A DNA stretch of 64,000 bases. Origin: a virus. Its lineage: Duplodnaviria; Caudoviricetes. The notes beneath the pieces were generated by a model that saw only the letters and a program-made list of their open reading frames with translations, had not been told where the DNA came from and did no database searches. Positions 46,863-55,990 of the stretch are shown here, one piece after another (the first letter of the stretch is position 1; every line of letters starts with the position of its first letter). The DNA is taken from IMG/VR virus record IMGVR_UViG_3300027608_000010; one strand, written 5' to 3'. The translations under genes were made by a program, and so were the position numbers.

Positions 46863-48330
46863 TTTATCAGATAGTCATAGCCCTGAATGGGCATTGTTCT
46901 TACCCGCAGTCAGTAGCTTTTATATCTCTGGCTTAGGCAAGCAACGTGAGGGTGAGCCTTACTTTGACTTAGCACGAATCCCTGCGGCCTTTAATGGTGA
47001 TGTAGAGAAACTCAACTTCTTAAACAGTAAAGAAGGTCTTTATTATTACAAATGGGGATTGTATTCTGCTGGTCATGCTAACTTAGATACGAACAAAGTT
47101 GATCATAATGAAAGCATCATTCGCAAACGTGAAGAAGATACATTCATATTAGGTGACTCTGGTGGTTTTCAGATCCTTAAAGGTCAATGGCCAGCAGACT
47201 GGAAGGATCCTAATTGTCCTAAAGCAATGATTAAGCGCAAAGCAGTATTGAATTGGATGGACACATACATGGACTATGGTATGTGTTTAGATATTCCTAG
47301 TCAATCTGAAACTACATTTGGTCTTCAAGATAAGAATGGCAACAGTTTGCATGGCATTAGGAATGTTGATGATGCTATTGTTGCTACTCATATCAACAAT
47401 GAATACTTTATTAAGAATCGTAATGGTAGTTGTAAGTTTCTAAACGTATTGCAAGGTCGTACTCATACTGATAGCGATACATGGTATGATGAGATGAAGA
47501 AATACTGCGACCCAAACATCTACCCAGATAATCATTTCAATGGTTGGGCATTTGGTGGACAAACAAAGATAGATGTCCATCTAATGTTGCGTAGAATGGT
47601 CGATATCATATATGATGGATTGTTACAAGAAGGTAAACATGACTTGATTCACTGTTTGGGTGTATCAATACTTGAGTACGCTGTATTGTTTACTGATATT
47701 CAGAAAGCTATTCGTAAGAATCACAACCCCAAACTACAAATCACATTTGATTGTGCAAGCCCATTCTTCTCTGCGGCTAAAGGTCTGGCTTATTTCAATA
47801 ATAACATTGAACATGAAAAGAAATGGTCATACAGTATGGAGAAAACTGCTGAGAACAAAAACTATGCCACAGATACCCGTAAGTTTAGTGACGGAGTTTT
47901 GGCTGATGGCATCCATAAAGTCTTTACAGATAGTCCAATTACTGATAAACTACTAATGAAGGACTTGTGTTATCGAGGTCAAGGCTTCATTGGTCAACAT
48001 GGTAAAGAAACTAAAACAAGTTGGGATACTTTGAGTTATACGTTGTTACAAAGTCATAATGTCTATCAACATATGTTGGCAGTTCAGGAAGCAAATCGCA
48101 AATATGAAACAGGTGTTATTCCTGCAATGCTTAAGCATAACTTGTCCGGACTAACATTCAAACAAGTTATTGATGATGTATTTGCACAAAATACTAGACA
48201 AGCTAGCCATGATGTTATTGATGCACATAGTAATCTATGGAAACAAATGCAAAGTGGTAGTCAAGGTATGAGTGGTAAGAAAACTGTTAATTCATTAACT
48301 AAATTTAACGAATTGTTTGAGTTTGTATAA
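46849..48330 (+). CDS. dpdA: tRNA-guanine transglycosylase-fold protein, probable DNA 7-deazaguanine insertase (DpdA-like)
   Basis: ILGDSGGFQ, MCLDIP, FLNVLQG, GWAFGG, IHCLG, TFDCASP and SHN. No CxCxxC Zn motif. Clustered with folE/queD/queE. Likely start ATG 46849. Confidence 0.8.
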   Translation: MDQVNLSDSHSPEWALFLPAVSSFYISGLGKQREGEPYFDLARIPAAFNGDVEKLNFLNSKEGLYYYKWGLYSAGHANLDTNKVDHNESIIRKREEDTFILGDSGGFQILKGQWPADWKDPNCPKAMIKRKAVLNWMDTYMDYGMCLDIPSQSETTFGLQDKNGNSLHGIRNVDDAIVATHINNEYFIKNRNGSCKFLNVLQGRTHTDSDTWYDEMKKYCDPNIYPDNHFNGWAFGGQTKIDVHLMLRRMVDIIYDGLLQEGKHDLIHCLGVSILEYAVLFTDIQKAIRKNHNPKLQITFDCASPFFSAAKGLAYFNNNIEHEKKWSYSMEKTAENKNYATDTRKFSDGVLADGIHKVFTDSPITDKLLMKDLCYRGQGFIGQHGKETKTSWDTLSYTLLQSHNVYQHMLAVQEANRKYETGVIPAMLKHNLSGLTFKQVIDDVFAQNTRQASHDVIDAHSNLWKQMQSGSQGMSGKKTVNSLTKFNELFEFV

Positions 48331-48560
48331 TGAATGATTATCTAGTTCAACAAAATAATGATGAGAGTGGTGGCACACATCTTTCTATGAAAGATACAAT
48401 TATATTCAACGGGTCTACGAATGATGAAATGTTAAAAATTACACCTGATGGCTTTTATGTTCGCGGTGTAAAAGTTCATCAAGATGAACATGAAGCAGAA
48501 ACAGTTTACAAAACATTTCATCAATGGCTTACATGGGCAACATTAACAAGGAATTTTTAA
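48330..48560 (+). CDS. Hypothetical protein
   Basis: 76 aa, coupled to the upstream stop. Confidence 0.55.
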   Translation: MNDYLVQQNNDESGGTHLSMKDTIIFNGSTNDEMLKITPDGFYVRGVKVHQDEHEAETVYKTFHQWLTWATLTRNF

Positions 48561-48561
48561 A

Positions 48562-49011
48562 ATGGAACAAAGAGAACAAGCATTAATAGAACAACGTGAA
48601 CGTATTCGTACAATAGCAAACAGATTTATCTGGGTTACTTTTCAACGTGAAGGTATTCATTGCTATCCACAAGCAGGTCATGATCCTGCATTAGCAACAG
48701 GTGACGAATATGATGTTAGCTTTTTAAGTACACCACATCGTCATATATTTCATTTCCGAGTTGGCATTCAAGTAACGCACAACGATCGGGACATAGAGTT
48801 CATTCAATTCAAACGTTGGCTTGAAAGTTTATTTCAAGGCATACTTGAGTTGAATAACAAAAGCTGTGAAATGATTAGTGATGACCTCTATGAAGTCATT
48901 GCAACTCGCTACCCAGACCGTGACATTCAAATCGAAGTCTCAGAAGATGGAGAGAACGGATGTTCAATTAACTATAACACAAAACGACCACATTTGACAG
49001 TCGTAATTTAA
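48562..49011 (+). CDS. QueD/PTPS-like T-fold protein (second paralogue)
   Basis: GIHCYP, PHRHIFHFRV, DIEFIQFKRWL, KSCEMI, EVSEDGENG. Confidence 0.65.
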   Translation: MEQREQALIEQRERIRTIANRFIWVTFQREGIHCYPQAGHDPALATGDEYDVSFLSTPHRHIFHFRVGIQVTHNDRDIEFIQFKRWLESLFQGILELNNKSCEMISDDLYEVIATRYPDRDIQIEVSEDGENGCSINYNTKRPHLTVVI

Positions 49012-49022
49012 GAGGTAATATA

Positions 49023-49235
49023 ATGGCAAAACCAACTTTTCAACCTAATCCTAAAGTTCATCAAATCTTTGAAGACTTGGAAAAGTATTTAGAATTCTGT
49101 GTTGACTTTGGCTATAAGTATGATGAGGCAAGTTTGTACGATATGCGTAGCTATGTGTACCGTCAACATCAAAAACAACTGACAAACAAGTGGCCTAAAG
49201 ACAGTTGGGCAGAAGACCGTAGGCATAATGCGTAG
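49023..49235 (+). CDS. Hypothetical protein
   Basis: GAGG RBS, 70 aa. Confidence 0.6.
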   Translation: MAKPTFQPNPKVHQIFEDLEKYLEFCVDFGYKYDEASLYDMRSYVYRQHQKQLTNKWPKDSWAEDRRHNA

Positions 49236-50403
49236 ACTATATTATATGGGCCTTGAGCCCTATAAAGCACGATATACTCTGCAATTACAAGAGTGGAATC
49301 GTGCTGTCTTTGATAAACGGGGCATTGATTATGTTATTGTCCCGGGCGAAACACTAAGTAACGACCAAGCGATTGTTACTGGTCAAGTATTAGATGCACA
49401 TGGTCGCACATACTTTGGTATGTCGCAACTAATGAATTTGATTCGTATGATGAAAGCCGGTGAACTAAACAATGAAGATGTTATCTACTTTGAAGATATG
49501 TTTCAGCCTGGCATTGAATCTTTACCCTATATTCTTAAACAAATCGACACAGTTAACAGGCCTCGGATTTATGTTCGCTGTCTTGCTCAGTCCATTGATC
49601 CTGATGATTTTGTTCATGTATGGGGTATGGCTAAGTTTATGGGTCACTATGAAAAGATGGTTGACTCATTCGTAGATGGTATGCTTGCAACGAATGAAGA
49701 AATGGTAATGAACATGAAGATTGCAGGCTGGGAAGCCCCAATTTATAATATATCAGGTCTTGCATTTGGTAAAGAAGAAGTACGCGGGCGTGTTGGCGAA
49801 CTAAAGCCATTTAATGAGCGTACACCTCGTATTGTATTTACCGCACGTTGGGATCAAGAAAAGCAACCTGATTTCTTCATGGATGTTATTGAAGAATTCA
49901 ATAATAGATACGGTAATAGAAGTGCAGAGTTTGCGGTATTAAGTGGTGCACCACTACGTAGTAACAATAGTAGTTACATGGAACGCACACATCAAATGCG
50001 TAGAGATGGTAAACTCAAAGTATATGAAGATTTAGAAAAAAATGACTACTATAGTCTCCTTAATGACTCAAGAGTTTTGTTCAACTGCGCCCTCCAAGAT
50101 TGGGTCAGCAATACGGTCAGTGAAGCAGATACTCTTGGTTGCAATGTACTTTATCCTGCTTATCGCAGTTTCCCCGAAACCTTTGCAAATGATTATACAA
50201 GGCTGTATACTCCATGGAGTGTAGAAGATGCCGCAATCAAGTTATTCAATATGCTACATACACCGCATAAAAAGCAAGGTATGATTAGTGATTGGAATGA
50301 TGGTACTATTGACCGTATCTGTGATATCATGGAGGGCAATGGTGAGCAATGGTTGCGTATGAGTACTGACTATCGCAAGCACACAAGAGAAAGTAAATAT
50401 TAA
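49228..50403 (+). CDS. GT-B-fold glycosyltransferase
   Basis: IVFTARWDQEKQPDFF, YYSLLNDSRVLFNCALQDWVSNTVSEA..LGC.VLYP..RSFPE. Confidence 0.8.
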   Translation: MRRLYYMGLEPYKARYTLQLQEWNRAVFDKRGIDYVIVPGETLSNDQAIVTGQVLDAHGRTYFGMSQLMNLIRMMKAGELNNEDVIYFEDMFQPGIESLPYILKQIDTVNRPRIYVRCLAQSIDPDDFVHVWGMAKFMGHYEKMVDSFVDGMLATNEEMVMNMKIAGWEAPIYNISGLAFGKEEVRGRVGELKPFNERTPRIVFTARWDQEKQPDFFMDVIEEFNNRYGNRSAEFAVLSGAPLRSNNSSYMERTHQMRRDGKLKVYEDLEKNDYYSLLNDSRVLFNCALQDWVSNTVSEADTLGCNVLYPAYRSFPETFANDYTRLYTPWSVEDAAIKLFNMLHTPHKKQGMISDWNDGTIDRICDIMEGNGEQWLRMSTDYRKHTRESKY

Positions 50404-50404
50404 G

Positions 50405-50521
50405 ATGATTATTGAAATATTAATTGCATTAGGGTATACAACAATATCATTTGTTATTGTTATGTTGATATATGCCGCAATCAGTAAATTATCAAAATCA
50501 AAAAGCCAACACAAGGAGTAA
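50405..50521 (+). CDS. Small single-pass membrane protein (38 aa, MIIEILIALGYTTISF...)
   Basis: Fills the gap; hydrophobic N-terminus and basic tail. Confidence 0.45.
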   Translation: MIIEILIALGYTTISFVIVMLIYAAISKLSKSKSQHKE

Positions 50522-50523
50522 AC

Positions 50524-51132
50524 ATGGCAACTTGGAAATTATCAACATACTATAAGAAAAGTGCAATTGAACGACAAATTTGGGTTAAGGATGATAAGGT
50601 AATCATCCGTGAAGAAGGTTATCGTTGGGGAACATTCTATGTTCAATCCGATGAGCGTCCTCTTACTGATGCAGAATTGATTAATGAACATGGATATGAA
50701 CTTGGTTGTCTTGACAATGATGAGTGTTGGGAACTAGATAGTTTAGATGATGGATGTTGGGCTGATTCAACAGCAGGTAGAAATTGTACCGAAGAAGATT
50801 TAGAAGCATTTGAAGAAGCCTGGGAAGAAAATTACAATGAGGGTGTAGAAGAATTGGGTTGGAGTAATGATGATACTGAGTTTGAATTTCAAGGTCCATT
50901 AGTATTGACTAATGAAGATACCGGTGAAGAATTCAATGGTGATGAAATCACAAAACCAGAAGTAACAGAATCAGTTACACTCAAAACACTTAATCCAACA
51001 GCGGCATGGCCTTTTGGTGACGAACCAATTGATTATGTTGAAGTTGACCCAACAACATGGCCCTCTCCAAATAGTAATTTTGTAGAAACTGCTAAATGGC
51101 CCTTCGAAACAAAAACTAAAGAGGAAAAATAA
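50524..51132 (+). CDS. Acidic hypothetical protein with C-terminal WP repeats
   Basis: AGGAG RBS; AAWPF, TTWPS and AKWPF. Confidence 0.6.
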   Translation: MATWKLSTYYKKSAIERQIWVKDDKVIIREEGYRWGTFYVQSDERPLTDAELINEHGYELGCLDNDECWELDSLDDGCWADSTAGRNCTEEDLEAFEEAWEENYNEGVEELGWSNDDTEFEFQGPLVLTNEDTGEEFNGDEITKPEVTESVTLKTLNPTAAWPFGDEPIDYVEVDPTTWPSPNSNFVETAKWPFETKTKEEK

Positions 51133-51311
51133 TGGCTAAGAAAAAAGTAAAAATAGAACTATACGCAGAAGCACCATATATGCAGGGCTATGCATCAGGA
51201 TTGGCAAATGAAGAATTTTTTAATCCATATGCTGATTTAGAAAATGCAGAAGCAGACGCTGAGGACTACGAGCGTGGGTATGAAAACGCCACTGAAACTG
51301 TAGCAGAATAA
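51132..51311 (+). CDS. Small acidic hypothetical protein (59 aa, MAKKKVKIELYAE...)
   Basis: GAGG RBS; ATG overlaps the upstream stop. Confidence 0.6.
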   Translation: MAKKKVKIELYAEAPYMQGYASGLANEEFFNPYADLENAEADAEDYERGYENATETVAE

Positions 51312-51331
51312 TTTAACATAAAGGAAATAAA

Positions 51332-51520
51332 ATGAATGCACATAACGATATTAAAACACACTTTGATGACTACTTGATGGAGAACGAAAAGTTTGACAAA
51401 GGTAATGCATCAGCAGGCACACGTGCCCGCAAAGCATTAGCAGAAATGGCTAAAGCAGTTAAAGCACGCCGCAGCGAAATTACTGCCGAGAAAACTGCAA
51501 GAAAAGAAGCTAAGGCTTAA
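51332..51520 (+). CDS. Histone H1-like Hc1-family small basic protein
   Basis: KGNASAGTRARKAL matches the Hc1-like GNKAAGTRARK motif. Confidence 0.7.
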   Translation: MNAHNDIKTHFDDYLMENEKFDKGNASAGTRARKALAEMAKAVKARRSEITAEKTARKEAKA

Positions 51521-51526
51521 TGCTGT

Positions 51527-51534
51527 GATAAATA
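51527..51534 (+). promoter_or_regulatory. Late promoter-like GATAAATA upstream of folE
   Basis: Lies in the intergenic gap before the folE leader. Confidence 0.5.
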
Positions 51535-51595
51535 CTTGTGAGACACAAAGGTCGCACAACGTCAAAACAAAACACTCACAACGGAGGGTTATCAA

Positions 51596-52273
51596 ATGAG
51601 TTATAATAAGACAAAAACTGATCCTGAATTAGGATTACAAGTACACGAACATCTAGTTAAAATGGGTGTTGAAACGCCAACCACTTATACAGGTCATATG
51701 TCCCGTGTAGGCAAGATTGAATTGATTGAAAGTCATTTCAAAGGTATCATGGAAACATTAGGTTTAGACCTAAGTGATGATAGCTTAATGGACACACCCA
51801 AGCGTGTTGCCAAGATGTATGTCAATGAAATCTTTTGGGGACTTGATTATGAAGCATTCCCTAAATGTACTACTGTTGACAATAAAATGAAATACAATGA
51901 AATGGTATGTGAACGTAACGTTAACGTGCAAAGCAATTGTGAACATCACTTTGTTGTTATTGATGGGCTTGCTACTGTTGCATATGTTCCCAAAGACAGA
52001 GTACTTGGCTTAAGTAAAATCAATCGTATTGTAGAATATTTTTCTAAGCGACCACAAATACAAGAACGATTAACTGAACAAATCTTTCACACACTACAAT
52101 ACATTTTGAACACAGAAGATGTTGCAGTTATGATTGACGCAAAACACTATTGTGTTGCGGCCAGGGGAGTTGAGGATACTGGTAGTAGTACAGTAACCAC
52201 ACGCTTAGGTGGTGGGTTTAAATCTGACCCGGCGGCACGTGCAGAGTTCTATCAAATTGCGAGACAGAAATGA
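51596..52273 (+). CDS. folE: GTP cyclohydrolase I
   Basis: DTPKRVAKMY, SNCEHHF, GLSKINRIV, RPQIQERLT, HYCVAARG. Confidence 0.96.
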   Translation: MSYNKTKTDPELGLQVHEHLVKMGVETPTTYTGHMSRVGKIELIESHFKGIMETLGLDLSDDSLMDTPKRVAKMYVNEIFWGLDYEAFPKCTTVDNKMKYNEMVCERNVNVQSNCEHHFVVIDGLATVAYVPKDRVLGLSKINRIVEYFSKRPQIQERLTEQIFHTLQYILNTEDVAVMIDAKHYCVAARGVEDTGSSTVTTRLGGGFKSDPAARAEFYQIARQK

Positions 52274-52467
52274 ATGAAAAGATTAAAGCATTAGAACAAC
52301 GATGCTGGAGCCATCGTGTTAACGGAGTATTAGTAGATGGTCATTTACATTTTGATGCGGCAAAGTTTGCTGAGTTAATTGTGCTTAAGTGTGCCGAGAT
52401 TGCTGACACTGCGGAACCATTCCTTTCTTCAGATTTGATTAAACAACATTTTGGAGTTAAAGAATGA
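52270..52467 (+). CDS. Hypothetical protein (KFAELIV..C motif)
   Basis: 65 aa, coupled to its neighbours. Confidence 0.55.
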   Translation: MNEKIKALEQRCWSHRVNGVLVDGHLHFDAAKFAELIVLKCAEIADTAEPFLSSDLIKQHFGVKE

Positions 52468-52775
52468 ACTTTATAACATGGATTTTTAGACGAGTTAAAA
52501 ACAGCCAATCAGATTGGGTACGGGGCTATCGCCGTTTAATACTAGAGGAAACTTTCCTGAGCATAATGTTTACACTTATTTGTGGAATCTTATTGTATAT
52601 TGTACCTGTGGGATTTCTGTTGATACCTTACATTGACCGTACAGACACAGCCGTAACGATCATATGGGGTCTTGTAGCATCAGTTGTCATATTCTATGTG
52701 TATCATTGGCTCATGGCCCTGCACGAAGTTTATGAACGAGAAAAACTAAAAACTTGGGAGGCACTAAAGCGATGA
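52464..52775 (+). CDS. Membrane protein (two TM segments)
   Basis: Two hydrophobic stretches. Confidence 0.55.
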   Translation: MNFITWIFRRVKNSQSDWVRGYRRLILEETFLSIMFTLICGILLYIVPVGFLLIPYIDRTDTAVTIIWGLVASVVIFYVYHWLMALHEVYEREKLKTWEALKR

Positions 52776-52972
52776 CAATAGAAGATTTAGAATTTATTTT
52801 TCAAAATCAAATTGAAGAAGGCACAGAGAAGCTATACTTCATGCTGACTGACGGGGATCGTCATCCCCTAATACAACGACATCCTGCTGATGATTTAGCG
52901 GGTTTATTACCTATGCTAGATAGTTTTCATTACGCTGGCTCAGGTGCTGGCATGCCAAGATTTACAAAATGA
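52772..52972 (+). CDS. Hypothetical protein
   Basis: ATG 52772 overlaps the upstream stop (ATGA). Confidence 0.5.
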   Translation: MTIEDLEFIFQNQIEEGTEKLYFMLTDGDRHPLIQRHPADDLAGLLPMLDSFHYAGSGAGMPRFTK

Positions 52973-53235
52973 ATCGTTCACCTTTCAGAAACCAAGAAGA
53001 AGCACTTGCCTTTCTTAAAAAGATAGGCACTAAAAAACGCAGGGTTATTGAAGGTGTTGAACGTGAACACATGTTATTGATTTTTGCATTGATTGGTCCA
53101 ACTGAATCAAGTAACAATCAACGAACATTTACTAATGTCTATCGTCACATTGGTAAAGAATATGAAGTTACATATGGATTCAGTGATTTGGGTGAACCCG
53201 ATCCAATAGTAGAAGAATTGACGGAGTTAGAATGA
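52969..53235 (+). CDS. Hypothetical protein
   Basis: 88 aa, ATGA coupling. Confidence 0.55.
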   Translation: MNRSPFRNQEEALAFLKKIGTKKRRVIEGVEREHMLLIFALIGPTESSNNQRTFTNVYRHIGKEYEVTYGFSDLGEPDPIVEELTELE

Positions 53236-53696
53236 TATTCAATAAGATTAAAGAACTAAAAGAACGTGGATTGATTATTGGTATTACCTTTAGTCAATTT
53301 GACTTATTACACGCCGGTCATATTGCAATGCTAAGTGAAGCAAAGAATCATTGTGATTATTTGATTGCTGGCTTGCAAAACAATGCACAGTGGGATAGAC
53401 CAGAAAAGAATGAACCAATTCAAAGTATTGTAGAACGACAAATCAGTTTAAGTGCGGTACGCACAGTAGATGAAATTGTTATCTATAATACAGAGAAGGA
53501 TTTAGCAGACATTCTACTAACACTACCTATTGATGTGCGTATTCTGGGTATTGAATATGCAGACAAAGATTTCAGTGGTAAGGAAATCTGTGAAAGAAGA
53601 AATATTAAGATTATCTATAACGGGCGTGACCATAGTTTTAGTAGCAGTAGTTTGCGAAAAAGAATTTTGGAAGCAGAGCAGAAAAAAAGTAAATAA
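53232..53696 (+). CDS. Glycerol-3-phosphate cytidylyltransferase (TagD)-like HxGH nucleotidyltransferase
   Basis: GITFSQFDLLHAGH, CDYLIAGL, ERQI.L.AVR.VDEIV, R.H.FSSSSLR. Confidence 0.85.
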   Translation: MIFNKIKELKERGLIIGITFSQFDLLHAGHIAMLSEAKNHCDYLIAGLQNNAQWDRPEKNEPIQSIVERQISLSAVRTVDEIVIYNTEKDLADILLTLPIDVRILGIEYADKDFSGKEICERRNIKIIYNGRDHSFSSSSLRKRILEAEQKKSK

Positions 53697-53740
53697 AGAT
53701 AACCGGCCTTATGGGCTCATCCCGGTATACAAATTCTGCG

Positions 53741-53764
53741 TCCTATGCTATAATTAACATAGGA
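53741..53764 (+). promoter_or_regulatory. SD-sequestering hairpin with an extended -10 promoter in its loop, upstream of queD
   Basis: tcctatg-ctataattaa-catagga overlaps AGGAG; TGcTATAAT at 53746..53754. Confidence 0.55.
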
Positions 53765-53771
53765 GAAAATC

Positions 53772-54311
53772 ATGGCAAACTTAAACGAAAACGAATCTCA
53801 AACACATCGTTGGAATTCAGCAAGACAATATAAATTCACAAGTACTAAAGAATATCACGATGCATTTCCGTGTGCATATCGTCAATGGCGGGCAGATAGT
53901 CATTGCAATATGATTCATGGATATAGTTTCAGTATGCGATTCTATTTCGGTACTGATAGTTTAGATGTTCGTAACTGGGCGGCTGACTATGGTGGACTAA
54001 AAGAATTGAAAAAGATTCTTGAGGATCAATTTGACCACACATTGTTAGTAGCACAAGATGACCCGGAACTTGATACATTCAAAATGCTACAAGAAAAGAA
54101 ATTGGCTAAGTTAACCATTCTACCAAGAATTGGTTGTGAGAGTTTAGCCGATATGCTTTACAAATATGTCAATGGAGTGTATATTCCAGATATGTGGGGT
54201 AACGGTGAAGCAGAACGTTTATGGTGCTATCGGGTTGAAGTACGTGAGACACAAGCTAACATGGCATTCCGTGAAGGTCATCGTGAATGGAATGAAGATT
54301 TATTCGCATAA
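53772..54311 (+). CDS. queD: 6-carboxy-5,6,7,8-tetrahydropterin synthase
   Basis: STKEY...FPCAYRQWRADSHCNMIHGYSF, DYGGLKELK..LEDQFDH, VEVRET. Confidence 0.88.
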   Translation: MANLNENESQTHRWNSARQYKFTSTKEYHDAFPCAYRQWRADSHCNMIHGYSFSMRFYFGTDSLDVRNWAADYGGLKELKKILEDQFDHTLLVAQDDPELDTFKMLQEKKLAKLTILPRIGCESLADMLYKYVNGVYIPDMWGNGEAERLWCYRVEVRETQANMAFREGHREWNEDLFA

Positions 54312-54319
54312 GGTTAAAA

Positions 54320-54538
54320 ATGTGGGCACGTGAACAAAGTTATGTTTATCTCAAGCAGTACATTCAGTGCCGCAACAATACTCCCTGGCCTATGGCAGTG
54401 CCGCAAGCGCATGACCGTGCTAGATGGACACTACAACATCTAGGCGGTCTAGCTAGCAGTTGGGACATACGCCGTAGTGATTGTACATATTATTATCCAC
54501 AGGTAAAAAATGAAAAGAATGTGGAGACTTTGGGCTAA
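54320..54538 (+). CDS. Possible hypothetical protein
   Basis: 72 aa after AAGG; no recognisable motif. Confidence 0.35.
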   Translation: MWAREQSYVYLKQYIQCRNNTPWPMAVPQAHDRARWTLQHLGGLASSWDIRRSDCTYYYPQVKNEKNVETLG

Positions 54539-54668
54539 AAGTTTAGGAGAGAAAGCAGGTAATACGGATAGTGAAGCTAACCGTATTGCTTGTATACGTA
54601 CCTGCATTGTGTTAATATATGTTATCACAAATTTTTTTATTATTGCAGGCATAATAAGACATTGGTAA
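54510..54668 (+). CDS. Small membrane protein (52 aa, MKRMWRLWAKSLGEKAG...IIRHW), missed by the ORF track
   Basis: WRLWAK.LGEKA...IR..I...Y..TN.FI.AG..RHW, a small phage protein pattern; AGGT RBS. Confidence 0.7.
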   Translation: MKRMWRLWAKSLGEKAGNTDSEANRIACIRTCIVLIYVITNFFIIAGIIRHW

Positions 54669-54675
54669 ATATAAA

Positions 54676-55518
54676 ATGAGCAAACTTAAAATATCAGAAC
54701 TGTTTTACAGTATACAAGGTGAAGGTCGTTACATGGGTGTCCCGAGCGTGTTCTTACGCACGTTTGGGTGTAATTTTAAATGTGATGGCTTTGGAATGAC
54801 TAAAGGAGAAAAAAGTGTTGAACGTTTTAAGGTGGACGGAGAAAAGTTTAAATCTTATAAATCACTACCACTTGTATCTACTGGATGCGATAGCTATGCG
54901 AGTTGGGATCCGCGCTTCAAACATCTCAGTCCTGTTCTCGACACCAATACTATTGTTGATACTATTACCAATTTACTTCCTCATGGTCGTTGGAAAGATG
55001 AGCATTTGGTTATCACGGGTGGTGAACCACTACTAGGCTGGCAACGTGCTTATATAGACTTGTTGTCACATGACAATATGCGTGGCTTACAAGAAATAAC
55101 ATTTGAAACTAATGGTACACAATTGTTGGAACCAGAACTAGTTACTTTCTTAAATGAATGGAAGAAACATCGTTTCTTACATTGTCTAACATTTAGTGTT
55201 AGTCCTAAACTAAGCATCAGTGGTGAGAATTGGGAAGATGCAATCTGTGCTGATATTGTTAAACAATATTATAATACTGGTTTTACGTATTTAAAGTTTG
55301 TTGTGGCTTCTAAAGAAGATGCAGAAGAAGCAGAGCAAGCAGTAAACGAATATCGTAAACGAGGCTTTAAAGGTCCTGTATATCTTATGCCATGTGGTGG
55401 TGTTGAAAGTGTTTATAGCATGAACAACAGAACTGTTGCTGAACTTGCAATACAAAAAGGCTGGCGTTATAGTGATAGACTACAAGTGCCACTCTTTAAA
55501 AACGAATGGGGAACTTAA
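54676..55518 (+). CDS. queE: 7-carboxy-7-deazaguanine synthase (radical SAM)
   Basis: ISELFYSIQGEG, VFLRTFGCNFKC...GCDS, VITGGEPLL, TFETNGT, SVSPKL, WRYSDRLQ. Confidence 0.92.
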   Translation: MSKLKISELFYSIQGEGRYMGVPSVFLRTFGCNFKCDGFGMTKGEKSVERFKVDGEKFKSYKSLPLVSTGCDSYASWDPRFKHLSPVLDTNTIVDTITNLLPHGRWKDEHLVITGGEPLLGWQRAYIDLLSHDNMRGLQEITFETNGTQLLEPELVTFLNEWKKHRFLHCLTFSVSPKLSISGENWEDAICADIVKQYYNTGFTYLKFVVASKEDAEEAEQAVNEYRKRGFKGPVYLMPCGGVESVYSMNNRTVAELAIQKGWRYSDRLQVPLFKNEWGT

Positions 55519-55721
55519 TGGAAACTAAAAAACGCACATTAGTAAGGATGCTTACCTATCGTTTAACTGCGTGGCTATTTACGATCTTTTGGACATGGTT
55601 ATTCACCGGCGACATTGCCAGTGCTACCGGATTTGCCACCGCATTACATATTCTTCTCAGTATAGACTATTATATTCACGAACGTATTTGGCTTAAAATT
55701 AAATGGGGTAGAACAGAGTAA
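55518..55721 (+). CDS. DUF2061-like membrane protein
   Basis: ETKKRTLVRMLTYR...YYIHERIWLKIKWG. Confidence 0.75.
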   Translation: METKKRTLVRMLTYRLTAWLFTIFWTWLFTGDIASATGFATALHILLSIDYYIHERIWLKIKWGRTE

Positions 55722-55990
55722 TGTTCGGTAGTAATTACAATGACTATAGAATGAAGTTAGGATATAATCCTAAATCATCAACTGAAGCTGATTGGGTATT
55801 TCACAAAACAGCAATATGGACAAAAGAGTTTGCATGGTTGCCACATCGTTGTATGCTTACTAAAAAAATTATTTGGTTGCAATTTGCCTATCAAGGCATT
55901 GCTAGGTATTATGGGCAGAGTGTTCATGTGGTATATGAATATCACTGGCATCGTTATGACGAACACATTATTTGGGAACTACAAAAATGA
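55721..55990 (+). CDS. Hypothetical protein
   Basis: FAWLPHRC...IWL motif, 89 aa. Confidence 0.55.
   Translation: MFGSNYNDYRMKLGYNPKSSTEADWVFHKTAIWTKEFAWLPHRCMLTKKIIWLQFAYQGIARYYGQSVHVVYEYHWHRYDEHIIWELQK

Noticed and set aside
54449-54652. Minus-strand 67-aa ORF
   Set aside because: It is the antisense of the better-supported + strand 52-aa membrane protein at 54510..54668.
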